From: a virus
Length of the DNA: 64,000 bases
Virus record (IMG/VR): IMGVR_UViG_3300032579_000011
Coordinates: 14,899 to 78,898 of that record
Reading direction: 5' to 3' (one strand)
The notes under the pieces were generated by a model. That model searched no databases. It had not been told where the DNA came from and worked only from the letters and a program-made list of their open reading frames with translations. Shown here piece after piece: positions 28,621-38,707 of the stretch (the stretch's first letter is position 1; each line of letters starts with the position of its first letter). The translations under genes and the position numbers were made by a program.

Positions 28621-28880
28621 ACGTTACAATATATACTAAATCGAATTGTAAATTCTGCGTTAATTCTAAGATGCTACTTAGCTCTAAAGGAATTAATTAT
28701 ACAGAACTAAAGTTAGACGAAGATTTTTCTAGAGAAAGCCTTTTGGAAATTTTTCCGAACGCGAAATCTTTTCCTGTTGTTGTTATAGATGGTTTCAACA
28801 TTGGCGGGTTTGAAAATCTTAAAAAGTATCTAACTGAAGAAACACAGGATAATCGTAAACTTTTGAATGAGGGAATTTAA
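28617..28880 (+). CDS. Glutaredoxin
   Basis: IYTKSNCKFC, SFPVV, IGGF. Confidence 0.9.
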   Translation: MNVTIYTKSNCKFCVNSKMLLSSKGINYTELKLDEDFSRESLLEIFPNAKSFPVVVIDGFNIGGFENLKKYLTEETQDNRKLLNEGI

Positions 28881-29145
28881 TATGATTAATCGCGACGATC
28901 TTTTGAACGATCTACGTATGTACGTGATTGAAGTTCAGTTTAATAAAGTTAACGGCGAACAGCGCACAATGCGTTGTACTCTAAGGCCTGATCTTTTGCC
29001 TCCAAAGTATAATATCAATGAAGATCATAAATTTCATAGGGAAAATACCGACGTTATTGCTGTTTGGGATATCCTTAACAACGGTTGGCGTTCTTTCCGT
29101 GTAGATTCCGTAACTTACGTTCAGAACGTGAGCCACAATTACTGA
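28867..29145 (+). CDS. DUF2693/WYL-like SH3-fold protein
   Basis: FNKVNGEQRTMRCTL, VWD..NNGWRSFR. Confidence 0.75.
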   Translation: MREFNMINRDDLLNDLRMYVIEVQFNKVNGEQRTMRCTLRPDLLPPKYNINEDHKFHRENTDVIAVWDILNNGWRSFRVDSVTYVQNVSHNY

Positions 29146-29152
29146 GGATAAA

Positions 29153-29437
29153 ATGAAAAAGTTGGTTATAGTCGAATGCATATCTCAACACCGTATTCGT
29201 TATTGTGTTGAGGTTGAAGATAATATTGATCCTGCTCTTGATGAAGTCGTTAGAGAAAGTGACGCTGAAAATTTTCATGAGTTTAGTCAGCAACATCTCG
29301 GCCAAGTGATCTTTTCTCATAGAGAAATAAATAAAGAAGAATACCTTCGTATGTTCGATGAAGATAGTCCTTATCTAAAGGGATGGCCTGAAGAACAAAA
29401 ACTTAAATACATCAACAGGATTAATTATGATGCATGA
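29153..29437 (+). CDS. Hypothetical protein
   Basis: ORF with GAGGA RBS. Confidence 0.65.
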   Translation: MKKLVIVECISQHRIRYCVEVEDNIDPALDEVVRESDAENFHEFSQQHLGQVIFSHREINKEEYLRMFDEDSPYLKGWPEEQKLKYINRINYDA

Positions 29438-29873
29438 TGTTATTGTTGATATCGACGGCACCATAGCCGACAATTCCCATAGAGTTCACCATATCCGTAA
29501 GTCTCCCAAAGATTGGAAGTCTTATGAAAAGGGTGTCATGGAAGACGAGCCGCATTTTGACATCATCTATATTCTAGAATCACTTAAAGCTTCTGGTTCG
29601 AAGCTGGTACTCTGTACAGGAAGAATGGAAAACGAGCGAGACGACACCATTAATTGGTTGAGAATGCATTATCTAGACTTTCTTTTTGACAAGCTTTATA
29701 TGCGACCACTCAATGATTATAGATCGGATGATGTTGTTAAGAAAGAACTTCTTGACCAGATTCGTAAAGACGGTTATAATCCGACAATAGTATTTGAAGA
29801 TCGTCAACGTGTTGTTGATATGTGGAGAACAGAAGGTCTTCGTTGTTTGCAAGTCCAGCCGGGCGATTTTTAA
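29427..29873 (+). CDS. PseT-like 3' phosphatase (HAD) domain
   Basis: DIDGTIA, TGR, MRP..DYRSD..VK, FEDRQRVVDMWR..GL.C.QV..GDF. Confidence 0.85.
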   Translation: MMHDVIVDIDGTIADNSHRVHHIRKSPKDWKSYEKGVMEDEPHFDIIYILESLKASGSKLVLCTGRMENERDDTINWLRMHYLDFLFDKLYMRPLNDYRSDDVVKKELLDQIRKDGYNPTIVFEDRQRVVDMWRTEGLRCLQVQPGDF

Positions 29874-29938
29874 TAAATAGTTGTGTCAGTCGCGGAGTAC
29901 CAGTCCCACTGACTCTATGTCAAACGAAGGACACAGCT

Positions 29939-30546
29939 ATGAATATTTATCACGTTTATGCGTATCTTAGAGAAGAAAACAATACACCATATTATATTGG
30001 TAAAGGTAAGGGTAGAAGAGCTTATAAAAACATACAATAAGCGTTCCAAAAAATAAATCAAAAATTATATTTTATCATAAAAATATAACTAATGAAACCG
30101 CTTGTTTTTTGGAAAAATCTTACATAAAATTATTTGGTAGAAAAGATATTGGAAATGGTATATTATACAATCAAACGGATGGCGGCGATGGCGGCGACAC
30201 TTCTAAGAGCGAAAATTATATAAAAGCTAAGACGGAAGGTAAATTTAATGGTCATCGTCATAAAACTTCAGAACAATTAGAAAAAGCTAACATAAAACGT
30301 TCTGTTTCATTATTAGGACATGAAGTATCTTTAGAAACTAAAAAGAAAATTTCAGAAACTAGAAAAAATAAAAAGATACCTAGTCCAAATAAAGGAAAAA
30401 CATTCTCCGAAAACATAAAAGAAAAACTTCGTATTCCTAAAAAGAAATATATTTGTTTTGTTTGTTCAAAAAACATCGGAGGAAAAACAAATCTAATTAG
30501 ATGGCATAATGAAAACTGTAAAATGAAAGGAAATATAAATGAATGA
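29939..30546 (+). pseudogene. Frameshifted GIY-YIG-type homing endonuclease
   Basis: VYAYLRE...PYYIGKG in one frame, FGRKDIGNGILYNQTDGGDG in another; adding one A at 30026-30030 restores the frame. Confidence 0.8.
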
Positions 30547-30913
30547 TAAATCTTATTGGGGCTATAGCTTACTTTTGGATTGTGCCGAACTCGATCACGG
30601 CGCGATCACGAGTTATGAAAATATTTACAATTTCACTAAGAGACTAGTCAAGGATATCGATATGGTCGCTTACGGCGAGCCGCAGATCGTTGAATTTGGT
30701 TCTGGTAATAAGGCTGGCTATACTTTGGTCCAGCTTATTGAAACATCGAATATTTGTGCTCATTTTGTTCCTGATGACGGAAATGGTGGTAACGCACTTT
30801 ACCTCGATGTTTTTTCATGTAAGGAATATGATGATCAAGTGGTAATCAATTTGGTTAAGGAATTCTTTGGTGCTAAGTATATTAGACCAAACTATTTGAC
30901 GAGACAGGCGTGA
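30539..30913 (+). CDS. speD: S-adenosylmethionine decarboxylase proenzyme
   Basis: GYTLVQLIETSNICAHF, YLDVFSCKEY. Confidence 0.8.
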   Translation: MNDKSYWGYSLLLDCAELDHGAITSYENIYNFTKRLVKDIDMVAYGEPQIVEFGSGNKAGYTLVQLIETSNICAHFVPDDGNGGNALYLDVFSCKEYDDQVVINLVKEFFGAKYIRPNYLTRQA

Positions 30914-31320
30914 TTACTGGATTTACGTGTGGTACATTTGATATTCTTCATGCTGGTCATTGCGCTATGCTTGAAGAATGTCGTAGTCAATGTGACAGGC
31001 TGATCGTCGGTCTACAAACCGATCCGACTATCGACAGACCAAAATTAAAAAATAACCCCGTTCAAAGTTTGCTCGAAAGGTTTATACAACTCAAATCTAT
31101 TCGTTACGTAGACGAGATATATCCCTACGAGACTGAAGGTGATCTAGAAAATTTACTAAGTATCATAGACATTCAAAAAAGATTTATAGGTTATGATCAT
31201 TACGGGGAAGTACATACTGGTCAAGCTCTTTGTATTCATAGAAATATTGAAATAATTTACAATAAGAGATTCCACCGGTGGAGCTCTTCTAGATTGAGGA
31301 ATAAGTTGAATGAGTTTTAG
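30910..31320 (+). CDS. Cytidylyltransferase-family nucleotidyltransferase (TagD/HldE-C-like)
   Basis: GTFDILHAGH, LIVGLQTD, ER, SSSRLR. Confidence 0.88.
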   Translation: MITGFTCGTFDILHAGHCAMLEECRSQCDRLIVGLQTDPTIDRPKLKNNPVQSLLERFIQLKSIRYVDEIYPYETEGDLENLLSIIDIQKRFIGYDHYGEVHTGQALCIHRNIEIIYNKRFHRWSSSRLRNKLNEF

Positions 31321-31894
31321 TGATAAATACTTTGAAGAAGTAGTTTCTATTGCCGAAGCTATAGATAAAAATATGGTGGAGAAGTTAGTTGCCGCTCTCA
31401 AAAGAGTCAGAGAATCAAACGGGAGGGTTTTCGTTCTCGGTGTTGGAGGATCAGCAGGAAACGCTTCTCACCTGGTCAACGACCTACGTAAGCTTTGTGG
31501 TATCGAGTCTTATTGCCCCACAGATAACGTTCCAGAGCTTACTGCTAGAACAAATGACGAAGGGTTTGACACCGTATTTGATGAATATCTTAAAATCAGT
31601 AAGTTAAGTTCAAAAGATGCTCTTTTTATTTTATCTGTTGGTGGTGGCGATAAGAATAAAAACGTTTCTGTAGGATTAATTAAGGCCATCGATCAAGCAA
31701 AATCAAAAAACGCCGTCGTATTGGGTATAGTCGGTAAGAAAGACGGATACACCGCTTACAACGCTGATTATTGTGTAGTAGTTCCTCCTATTCAACCTTC
31801 CAGAATCACGCCACATAGCGAAGCTTTTCAAGCTGTTATTTGGCATGCTATAGTTTCCAATCCTTCTTTACAGGTTAATAAAACAAAGTGGTGA
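31310..31894 (+). CDS. gmhA: Phosphoheptose isomerase (SIS)
   Basis: GVGGSAGNASH, TARTND, LSVGGG, PHSEAFQ. Confidence 0.82.
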   Translation: MSFSDKYFEEVVSIAEAIDKNMVEKLVAALKRVRESNGRVFVLGVGGSAGNASHLVNDLRKLCGIESYCPTDNVPELTARTNDEGFDTVFDEYLKISKLSSKDALFILSVGGGDKNKNVSVGLIKAIDQAKSKNAVVLGIVGKKDGYTAYNADYCVVVPPIQPSRITPHSEAFQAVIWHAIVSNPSLQVNKTKW

Positions 31895-31895
31895 A

Positions 31896-32426
31896 ATGAA
31901 TCGAGCAATTTTTTTTGATCGTGATGGTGTAATTAATAAACTCGTCGAAAGACCAGATGGTTCTAAAACAGCCCCTTGGTTTCTCGACGAGTTTCAATTT
32001 ATTGATAATGTTAAAGTAGCGGTGAATATCGTCAGAAATATGGACTATAAAACTTTTGTTGTAACAAATCAACCTGACGTCAAAGGTCCATTGTCTTACA
32101 AAGATTTAGATAATATGCATAGAATGATTTCTAATTGGTTGAGAATAGATGATATATACTACGCTGACGATAGAAATTCCAATATGTATAAACCCAACAA
32201 CGGTATGATTGAAGATATAATTAAAAAATACTTGATCGATCGTAGTAAATCCTATATAATAGGTGATCGTTGGAAAGATATAGTTGCTGGTAATAGAAGC
32301 AAACTAAAAACTATTTTCGTTGGTGAAGAATACACATACCCTTACGAATATAGAAATATACAACCTGATTATATTGTTTCTAATGTTTTAGAAGCTTGTA
32401 CCTTGATTGAGGAGATTAATAAATGA
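31896..32426 (+). CDS. gmhB: Heptose-1,7-bisphosphate phosphatase (HAD IIIA)
   Basis: FFDRDGVIN, VTNQ, KPNNGM, SYIIGDRWKDI.AG. Confidence 0.85.
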   Translation: MNRAIFFDRDGVINKLVERPDGSKTAPWFLDEFQFIDNVKVAVNIVRNMDYKTFVVTNQPDVKGPLSYKDLDNMHRMISNWLRIDDIYYADDRNSNMYKPNNGMIEDIIKKYLIDRSKSYIIGDRWKDIVAGNRSKLKTIFVGEEYTYPYEYRNIQPDYIVSNVLEACTLIEEINK

Positions 32427-33154
32427 TTAAATTATACGCCGATGGCGCCGATATGGTGGGAATAATCGATGCGGCTGGAGATAAAACAATAACGGGGTTT
32501 ACAACTAATCCAACTTTGATGCGTCAAGCTGGCGTTATGAATTATGAAGAATTTGCCAAAAACGTTATTAAATTTTTGGCAAGGAATAGGCCCGAAACAA
32601 CTCTAAGTTTAGAAGTGTTCGCCGATGAACCTGACGAAATTCGTCGACAAGCTAGAATTATCAGTGATTGGGGTAACGAAAAGAATTATCAAGTATATGT
32701 AAAAATTCCTGTCATGTATACTTCGGGCGAAGATACTTATGATTTGATTCAAAGTTTAAGTTATGAAGGAATTAATCTTAACGTTACTGCGGTTTTTACC
32801 GAATATCAAGTAAGCAATATAATCGATAGATTTTGCCCAGAAGTTCCTAGTATAATTTCAATTTTCGCTGGTCGTATTGCGGACGCTGGTGAAGATCCGG
32901 AATCAATTGTTTCTCGTTGTGTTGGTTTGTATGATGATATTAGAAACGAAGGCGGTAAAGCAGAATTTCTATGGGCTTCTTCTAGAGAAGCTTATAACAT
33001 TAAACACGCCGAATGGTCCGGTTGTGATATTATAACCATGACTCCTGATCTCATCAAAAAGGTTAAGGGTTTCGGTAAAGATTTAACACAATTTTCTAAA
33101 GAAACTTGCCAAATGTTCTATAATGATGCTATTAAATCGGGGTACACAATATGA
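32423..33154 (+). CDS. tal: Transaldolase
   Basis: GFTTNPTLMR, YVKIP, NVTAVF, IFAGRIAD, LWASSRE. Confidence 0.9.
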   Translation: MIKLYADGADMVGIIDAAGDKTITGFTTNPTLMRQAGVMNYEEFAKNVIKFLARNRPETTLSLEVFADEPDEIRRQARIISDWGNEKNYQVYVKIPVMYTSGEDTYDLIQSLSYEGINLNVTAVFTEYQVSNIIDRFCPEVPSIISIFAGRIADAGEDPESIVSRCVGLYDDIRNEGGKAEFLWASSREAYNIKHAEWSGCDIITMTPDLIKKVKGFGKDLTQFSKETCQMFYNDAIKSGYTI

Positions 33155-34155
33155 TTGGATTTGAAGAAAACGAAATTTCTATAAAGGCTAACGGCGGAAC
33201 TGAGCTTGCTAAACGTAAGCTAGCTTCTCTAATTAATCCAAAAGATTTGGAAGAATTTCAAATTGTATGTTCAAGGGAACGCGAACTAAATTGGGAAAAA
33301 ATTAGAGTTTTCTGGTGTCATGATCTACCAGAAGATCCTGAATCGGCGAAGTTCAGGGATCAATCTTTTAGGGATAACTATCATAAGTTTGTTTTTATTT
33401 CTAACTGGCAGATGCAAAGGTATCAGCTAATTCATGGATTGGCTCACGATCCTAAGTCAATCGTAATTGAATCCGGTATTGAACCAGCGCCACAATCAGC
33501 TTTGGTTAAACCAAAAGACAAGATTCGATTGGTGTACACTTCAACCCCGCAAAGAGGATTGGAAATTCTTTTGCCGGTGTTTGATTCATTGGCGAAGATG
33601 CATCCAGAAATTCATCTAGATGTATATTCAAGTTTTAAGATTTACGGTTGGGAAGATGCTGATAAGTCGTTTGAGCCTATGTATGATCAAATCAGAAATC
33701 ATCCTCAAATGACTTATCATGGATACGTTCCTAATGAAGAATTGAAGGAAGCGTTGAACAAGGCTCATATTTTTGCTTATCCAAGTATTTGGTACGAAAC
33801 CAGCTGTAGAGCTATGTTAGAAGCTATGTCAGCTGGATTGGTCTGTGTTCATTCTGATGTTGGTGCATTACCAGAAACTTCTGGCGGATTGAATCTTATG
33901 TATCATGCCGATCTTATGGACAAAAATCATCACGCGAATATTTTCATCAATCATCTGAATAATGCAATTAATTTTGTGAAAAGCAATCAGGAACAAAATA
34001 TGATTATGTTCAATAAGGTTTTTGTTGATACTCGTTACAACATCAATCTAATCAAACATAAGTGGGATGTGATGATTGAGGATCAACTCGGTAAATATAA
34101 GACTGTTGAGTCTCGTGGCAAGCCACAACAAAAATTTATTTACAGGACAATTTAA
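33151..34155 (+). CDS. GT-B (GT4-like) glycosyltransferase
   Basis: GGTE, YTSTPQRGL, YPSIWYETSC..MLEAMSAG, GALPET. Confidence 0.85.
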   Translation: MIGFEENEISIKANGGTELAKRKLASLINPKDLEEFQIVCSRERELNWEKIRVFWCHDLPEDPESAKFRDQSFRDNYHKFVFISNWQMQRYQLIHGLAHDPKSIVIESGIEPAPQSALVKPKDKIRLVYTSTPQRGLEILLPVFDSLAKMHPEIHLDVYSSFKIYGWEDADKSFEPMYDQIRNHPQMTYHGYVPNEELKEALNKAHIFAYPSIWYETSCRAMLEAMSAGLVCVHSDVGALPETSGGLNLMYHADLMDKNHHANIFINHLNNAINFVKSNQEQNMIMFNKVFVDTRYNINLIKHKWDVMIEDQLGKYKTVESRGKPQQKFIYRTI

Positions 34156-35153
34156 TGATTCTTTCTAAAACGCCTTTGCGTATTAGTTTCTTTTCCGGCG
34201 GCAGCGACATGCCTTCTTTCTTTGAAAAGGAAAGCGGCGCTGCTTTGTCTGTTACGATTGATAAGTACATCTACGTGATGCTTCATAAGACTCCTCATTT
34301 GGGAATTAAGATCATGTACGACACGATCGAAGAATTCCCCGACGTCGAACAGATGCAACACGCTATTACTAGAGAAAGTTTGAAACACTACGACGTGATT
34401 AAAGAGTATACGATCGCTTCGATCGCCGATATTTTAGCTAAAGGATCTGGACTTGGATCTTCTTCGGCCTTCACTATCGGTCTGGTTAATTGTCTGGCGC
34501 ATAGAGACGAACAGAGCCGTTACTCGTTGTTGACGCGCGAGTATCTAGCTCAAAAGGCATATTATATCGAACGAGAACTATGTAAGTATCCAGTCGGTAA
34601 GCAAGATCAATACGCCTCGGCTTATGGCGGTATGAACCTATTTGAGTTTCATGGTGACGGTTCTGTTGATATTAAACCTTTAACTTACGATCGAAATCTT
34701 TGGAGTAATCTAGAAAGGAGATTGTTACTTGTTTATTCTGGTCGCGGACGTAATGCAAATTCTATTTTACAGAAACAAGCGGCTGCAATGAACGAAAAAG
34801 ATAAGTTTGACTTAGTCAGAAGGTCTAGAGATAAAGCTTTTATTGGTGCAAAATTGCTGAGCGAAAATAAACTCGACGATTTCGGTAGTTTGCTCCATGA
34901 AGCGTGGATGGATAAAAAGGGTGTCGCCGCCGACATCACTAACGACTACTTCGACCAGATATATGATAGAGCTCTAAAGGCTGGCGCTCTAGGCGGAAAA
35001 CTTCTCGGTGCAGGCGGTGGTGGTTTCTTCTTATTTTACGTCGATCCCAATAATCGCGATAAAGTGATACAATCAGTAACTAGAGACACCAACTGTAAAA
35101 TTTACGATTTCGGTTTCACGGATTACGGTTCAAGAATAACAAGCAGCTGCTAA
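34155..35153 (+). CDS. hddA: GHMP kinase, heptose-7-phosphate kinase
   Basis: PLRISF..GGSD, GSGLGSSS, GKQDQY, GGKLLGAGGGGF. Confidence 0.85.
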   Translation: MILSKTPLRISFFSGGSDMPSFFEKESGAALSVTIDKYIYVMLHKTPHLGIKIMYDTIEEFPDVEQMQHAITRESLKHYDVIKEYTIASIADILAKGSGLGSSSAFTIGLVNCLAHRDEQSRYSLLTREYLAQKAYYIERELCKYPVGKQDQYASAYGGMNLFEFHGDGSVDIKPLTYDRNLWSNLERRLLLVYSGRGRNANSILQKQAAAMNEKDKFDLVRRSRDKAFIGAKLLSENKLDDFGSLLHEAWMDKKGVAADITNDYFDQIYDRALKAGALGGKLLGAGGGGFFLFYVDPNNRDKVIQSVTRDTNCKIYDFGFTDYGSRITSSC

Positions 35154-35225
35154 ACCTAAATAATAGTGCTTGACGAAAAATAAATTATAAGGTATAATAT
35201 ATTATGAAACCCAAAGAGAAATTAA

Positions 35226-35609
35226 ATGGATAGTAACAACGTCGTAATTTTTCCAAAACAAAATTTAAATGTTAAGATTCCTGAATTTTCTATGGAAGAA
35301 ATAAATCGTAACGTCGAAATGATGAAACACTATCATATTCAAGAAACTCTATCCAATTTAGCCCCAATCATTTTCAATCAATTAGAAATTGCTGGATTTA
35401 ATATTTCTGACGAAGAAGATGAAGATATTAAAGATGGCGCTTTTGTCGTAGAATCGTTAAGATCTATAATGTGTAAATATTACGGTATATATCATCCATT
35501 TCAAAAAATTGCCGATAGCGTGTTTGTTCCGGATAAAGAAGAAACTGGTGCTCTAAAAATAACTGACTCTCTTAATATAGAATTGAAAAATATCTCAAAC
35601 AAAAGGTGA
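35226..35609 (+). CDS. Hypothetical protein
   Basis: NVVIFP start; follows TTGACG-N17-TATAAT promoter. Confidence 0.7.
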   Translation: MDSNNVVIFPKQNLNVKIPEFSMEEINRNVEMMKHYHIQETLSNLAPIIFNQLEIAGFNISDEEDEDIKDGAFVVESLRSIMCKYYGIYHPFQKIADSVFVPDKEETGALKITDSLNIELKNISNKR

Positions 35610-35613
35610 AATT

Positions 35614-36453
35614 TTGATTATCGTTGATCTGTCTCAGGTGATGTTGTCTAATCTTATGATGCAACTAGGCAACCATACAAACGCTCAAGTTGAAGAAAAT
35701 ATGATTAGACATATGGTCCTCAACTCGCTTCGTTCTTATAAGTCAAAGTTTGGTGATGAATATGGAGAAATGATTATTGCTTGCGACAATACAAACTATT
35801 GGCGTAAACAAGCTTTTCCTTATTATAAAGCCAACCGTAAAAAGAATCGTCTTGCTTCAGAGTTAGATTGGAAATCTATTTTCGAATGTATGAATAAGAT
35901 TAGGGCAGAGCTCAAAGAATTTTTCCCGTATAGAGTTATTGATGTTGAATCTGCTGAGGCTGACGATATTATAGGAACTCTGGTTAGAGAATTTGACGAT
36001 AAAATTCTTATACTTTCTGGGGATAAAGATTTCGTTCAACTTCATAATCGCAACAACATTAAACAATATGACCCCACTAGAAAAAAGTGGTTGTCTCATA
36101 ACGATCCCCAAAAATTCCTTAAAGAACATATTTTAAAAGGTGACTCTGGCGATGGCGTACCTAACGTACTTTCTGCTGATAATTGCTTTGTTGTTGGGGA
36201 CCGTCAGAAACCGTTGACTTCTAAAAAATTCGATCATTATATGAATTTAGACCCGTCTAAATACGATAGTATGGTAGCTAGAAACTATCAACGTAATAAA
36301 GAGCTTATTGATCTTAACTTTACTCCAGAAGAAATTAGAAGTAAGGTTATAGAGCAATATAATAATCAAAACAATAAAGATAAATCTAAGTTGATGAATT
36401 ATTTCATCAGCAACAAACTTAAAAATTTAATGGAAAATATTGGAGATTTCTAA
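35614..36453 (+). CDS. rnh: T4-like RNase H (5'-3' exonuclease)
   Basis: WRKQAFPYYKANR, EADDII, SGDKDF, GDSGDGVPN. Confidence 0.93.
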   Translation: MIIVDLSQVMLSNLMMQLGNHTNAQVEENMIRHMVLNSLRSYKSKFGDEYGEMIIACDNTNYWRKQAFPYYKANRKKNRLASELDWKSIFECMNKIRAELKEFFPYRVIDVESAEADDIIGTLVREFDDKILILSGDKDFVQLHNRNNIKQYDPTRKKWLSHNDPQKFLKEHILKGDSGDGVPNVLSADNCFVVGDRQKPLTSKKFDHYMNLDPSKYDSMVARNYQRNKELIDLNFTPEEIRSKVIEQYNNQNNKDKSKLMNYFISNKLKNLMENIGDF

Positions 36454-36864
36454 ATGCAGGTTGGTGTAGCTGAGTTCCTAGAAAAGGTTGGGAAACTCAA
36501 GAAAACTGAAGAAAAAGTAGCCGCAATAAAAGCCAACGATAGTTTGGTTTTACGTGTGGTTCTTCAAGGATGTTACGATCCCTCTATTGTTTGGTTGTTA
36601 CCAGAAGGTGCACCTCCATATAAGCCGAACGATCTTAACGACCAGGAAGGTGTTCTAATTAGAGAATGTACGAAACTTAGATATTTCATCAAAGGGTTTC
36701 ACGATAATCTAAATCAAAACAAAAGAGAAACGATGTTCGTTCAACTACTTGAAAATTTAGCTCCCAAGGACGCTGAGCTTCTTTGTCATATTAAAGATAA
36801 GAAACCCCTTAAAGGAATTACCCTTCAACACGTAGTAGAGGCATTACCCGGACTTATTCGATGA
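36454..36864 (+). CDS. Conserved T4-like hypothetical protein
   Basis: LPEGAPPY, KRETMFVQLLE.L...DA motifs. Confidence 0.7.
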   Translation: MQVGVAEFLEKVGKLKKTEEKVAAIKANDSLVLRVVLQGCYDPSIVWLLPEGAPPYKPNDLNDQEGVLIRECTKLRYFIKGFHDNLNQNKRETMFVQLLENLAPKDAELLCHIKDKKPLKGITLQHVVEALPGLIR

Positions 36865-37052
36865 GCAAACAGAACGTTAAAAAGTTCAAAAAGAACGATT
36901 TTTCTTACGAAGAAGAAGATAACTATGACAACCGTAGTTATTACCTAGAAAAAAAGAAACAAAAGCGAATAGAAAAAGCCCTTAAAACTAAGGATATTTC
37001 CGGGTTGCTCGAAGAAGATGAAGACGACTATCACGAAGATGATTGGAAATAG
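36861..37052 (+). CDS. Small charged hypothetical protein
   Basis: Coupled ORF. Confidence 0.55.
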   Translation: MSKQNVKKFKKNDFSYEEEDNYDNRSYYLEKKKQKRIEKALKTKDISGLLEEDEDDYHEDDWK

Positions 37053-37054
37053 AT

Positions 37055-37297
37055 ATGCCAACTTATTTGTTTATTAACAATGAAACCGGCGAAGAGTATG
37101 AAAATTTCATGAGCATTTCAGCTCTTGAAATCTATTTGAAAGAAAATCCCCAAGTAACTCAACTCGTTAACGGAGCTCCGTTAATCCATTCCGGTAGAGG
37201 TCTAAAAAAACCAGACTCTGGATTTAGGGATGTCCTTAAAAAGGTGAAAAGAGAAGCCCAGAGAGGAATAAGTAGAAGCACCGTTAATACTTTTTAA
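37055..37297 (+). CDS. FmdB-like small protein
   Basis: MPTYLFINNETGE...KPDSGFRDVL. Confidence 0.65.
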   Translation: MPTYLFINNETGEEYENFMSISALEIYLKENPQVTQLVNGAPLIHSGRGLKKPDSGFRDVLKKVKREAQRGISRSTVNTF

Positions 37298-37308
37298 TCA
37301 GGATAAAA

Positions 37309-38055
37309 ATGGAACATAGTAAGCGTCTAACAAGAAAAGAAAAAAGAATCCTTCGTCAGCAAAACGGAAAAGAAAATACAAATCAAGAAAAATTAAATTT
37401 TAATCTTAAACACGTAGAACCATTAACCGAAAATCAAAAACGTTCTTTTGAAGCCTATCAACAAGGCAAAAATTTAATGCTTCACGGGATTGCTGGAACG
37501 GGTAAGAGCTTCATATCTTTATATCTAAGTTTGAACCAGATATTATCCGAAAACAGCGTTTACAAAAAGCTTGTTATTGTTAGAAGCGTTGTTCCAACAA
37601 GAGATATGGGATTCCTACCCGGAAGTCCTAAAGAAAAGGCCAAAGTTTATGAATCTCCTTATTATGCGATATGTTCTGAATTATTTGGAAGAGGAGATGC
37701 CTATGATTACCTCAAAAACAAGAACCTTGTTGAGTTTATATCAACTTCTTTCATACGCGGTGTTACTCTTAATGATTGTATTATTGTCGTTGATGAAATA
37801 GCTAATCTAACTCTCCACGAGCTTGATTCTGTAATTACTCGTGTTGGTAAAAATTGTAAAATTATATTCTCTGGAGACTTTAGACAATCTGATTTCACTA
37901 AAGATCAAGAAAAGAATGGTCTCAACGATTTCATGCGTATTATTAAAAGAATGAAATCTTTTGAATTCATAGATTTTCAACGCGAGGATATTGTTAGATC
38001 AAAAATGGTAAAAGATTATATTATATCAAAAGAAGAATTAAGAATTGTCACGTAA
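37309..38055 (+). CDS. phoH: PhoH-like ATPase
   Basis: GIAGTGKS, FIRGVT, VVDE, TRVG, SGDFRQSD, DIVRS. Confidence 0.92.
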   Translation: MEHSKRLTRKEKRILRQQNGKENTNQEKLNFNLKHVEPLTENQKRSFEAYQQGKNLMLHGIAGTGKSFISLYLSLNQILSENSVYKKLVIVRSVVPTRDMGFLPGSPKEKAKVYESPYYAICSELFGRGDAYDYLKNKNLVEFISTSFIRGVTLNDCIIVVDEIANLTLHELDSVITRVGKNCKIIFSGDFRQSDFTKDQEKNGLNDFMRIIKRMKSFEFIDFQREDIVRSKMVKDYIISKEELRIVT

Positions 38056-38707
38056 AATATTCAAACATAATTTTGTACCATTCGTCGAATTAAAAACCGA
38101 AAATATTAACGGGCGGCGCCACTACGTGCTGCCCGATGGCGTCACTAAACTTAAATCAGTAACAACTATACTAGGCGAAAAATTAGACAAAACTGCATTG
38201 ATTGAGTGGAAGAAAAGAGTCGGTGAAGCTGAAGCTCAAAGAATTTCAACTCAAGCCGCTCGAAGAGGCACAGCCATACATAAAATGGCTGAGAAATATG
38301 TTCTAAACGAAAACAACATATTTGAAAATCAAATGCCTGTTAATATAGAATCATTTGATCCTATTAAACAAATACTAGATAAACATGTTGATAATTTATT
38401 CGGCGTTGAGTTACCTCTTTATTCTAAATCTCTTAAGTGTGCCGGTCGAACAGACTTGGTTGGTGAATATGATGGCGTTTTGTCTATCATAGATTTCAAA
38501 ACTTCAAGGAAACCTAAGAAATTAGAATGGATCGAAAACTATTTACTTCAATCCACAGTTTATTCCATGATGTTTGAATGGACGTATAAAATAGCAGTTC
38601 CACAAATCGTTATTATTATCACAGTTGATAATGAAAAAACGCCCCAAGTATTTAAACTGGAGCGTTCTCAATATGTTAAAAGAGTGTTGGAAGTGTTTAC
38701 TTCATAA
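38045..38707 (+). CDS. PD-(D/E)XK exonuclease (Cas4-like phage exonuclease)
   Basis: SVTTIL, RGTAIH, AGRTD, IDFKTS, Y.LQ...Y. Confidence 0.85.
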   Translation: MSRKIFKHNFVPFVELKTENINGRRHYVLPDGVTKLKSVTTILGEKLDKTALIEWKKRVGEAEAQRISTQAARRGTAIHKMAEKYVLNENNIFENQMPVNIESFDPIKQILDKHVDNLFGVELPLYSKSLKCAGRTDLVGEYDGVLSIIDFKTSRKPKKLEWIENYLLQSTVYSMMFEWTYKIAVPQIVIIITVDNEKTPQVFKLERSQYVKRVLEVFTS

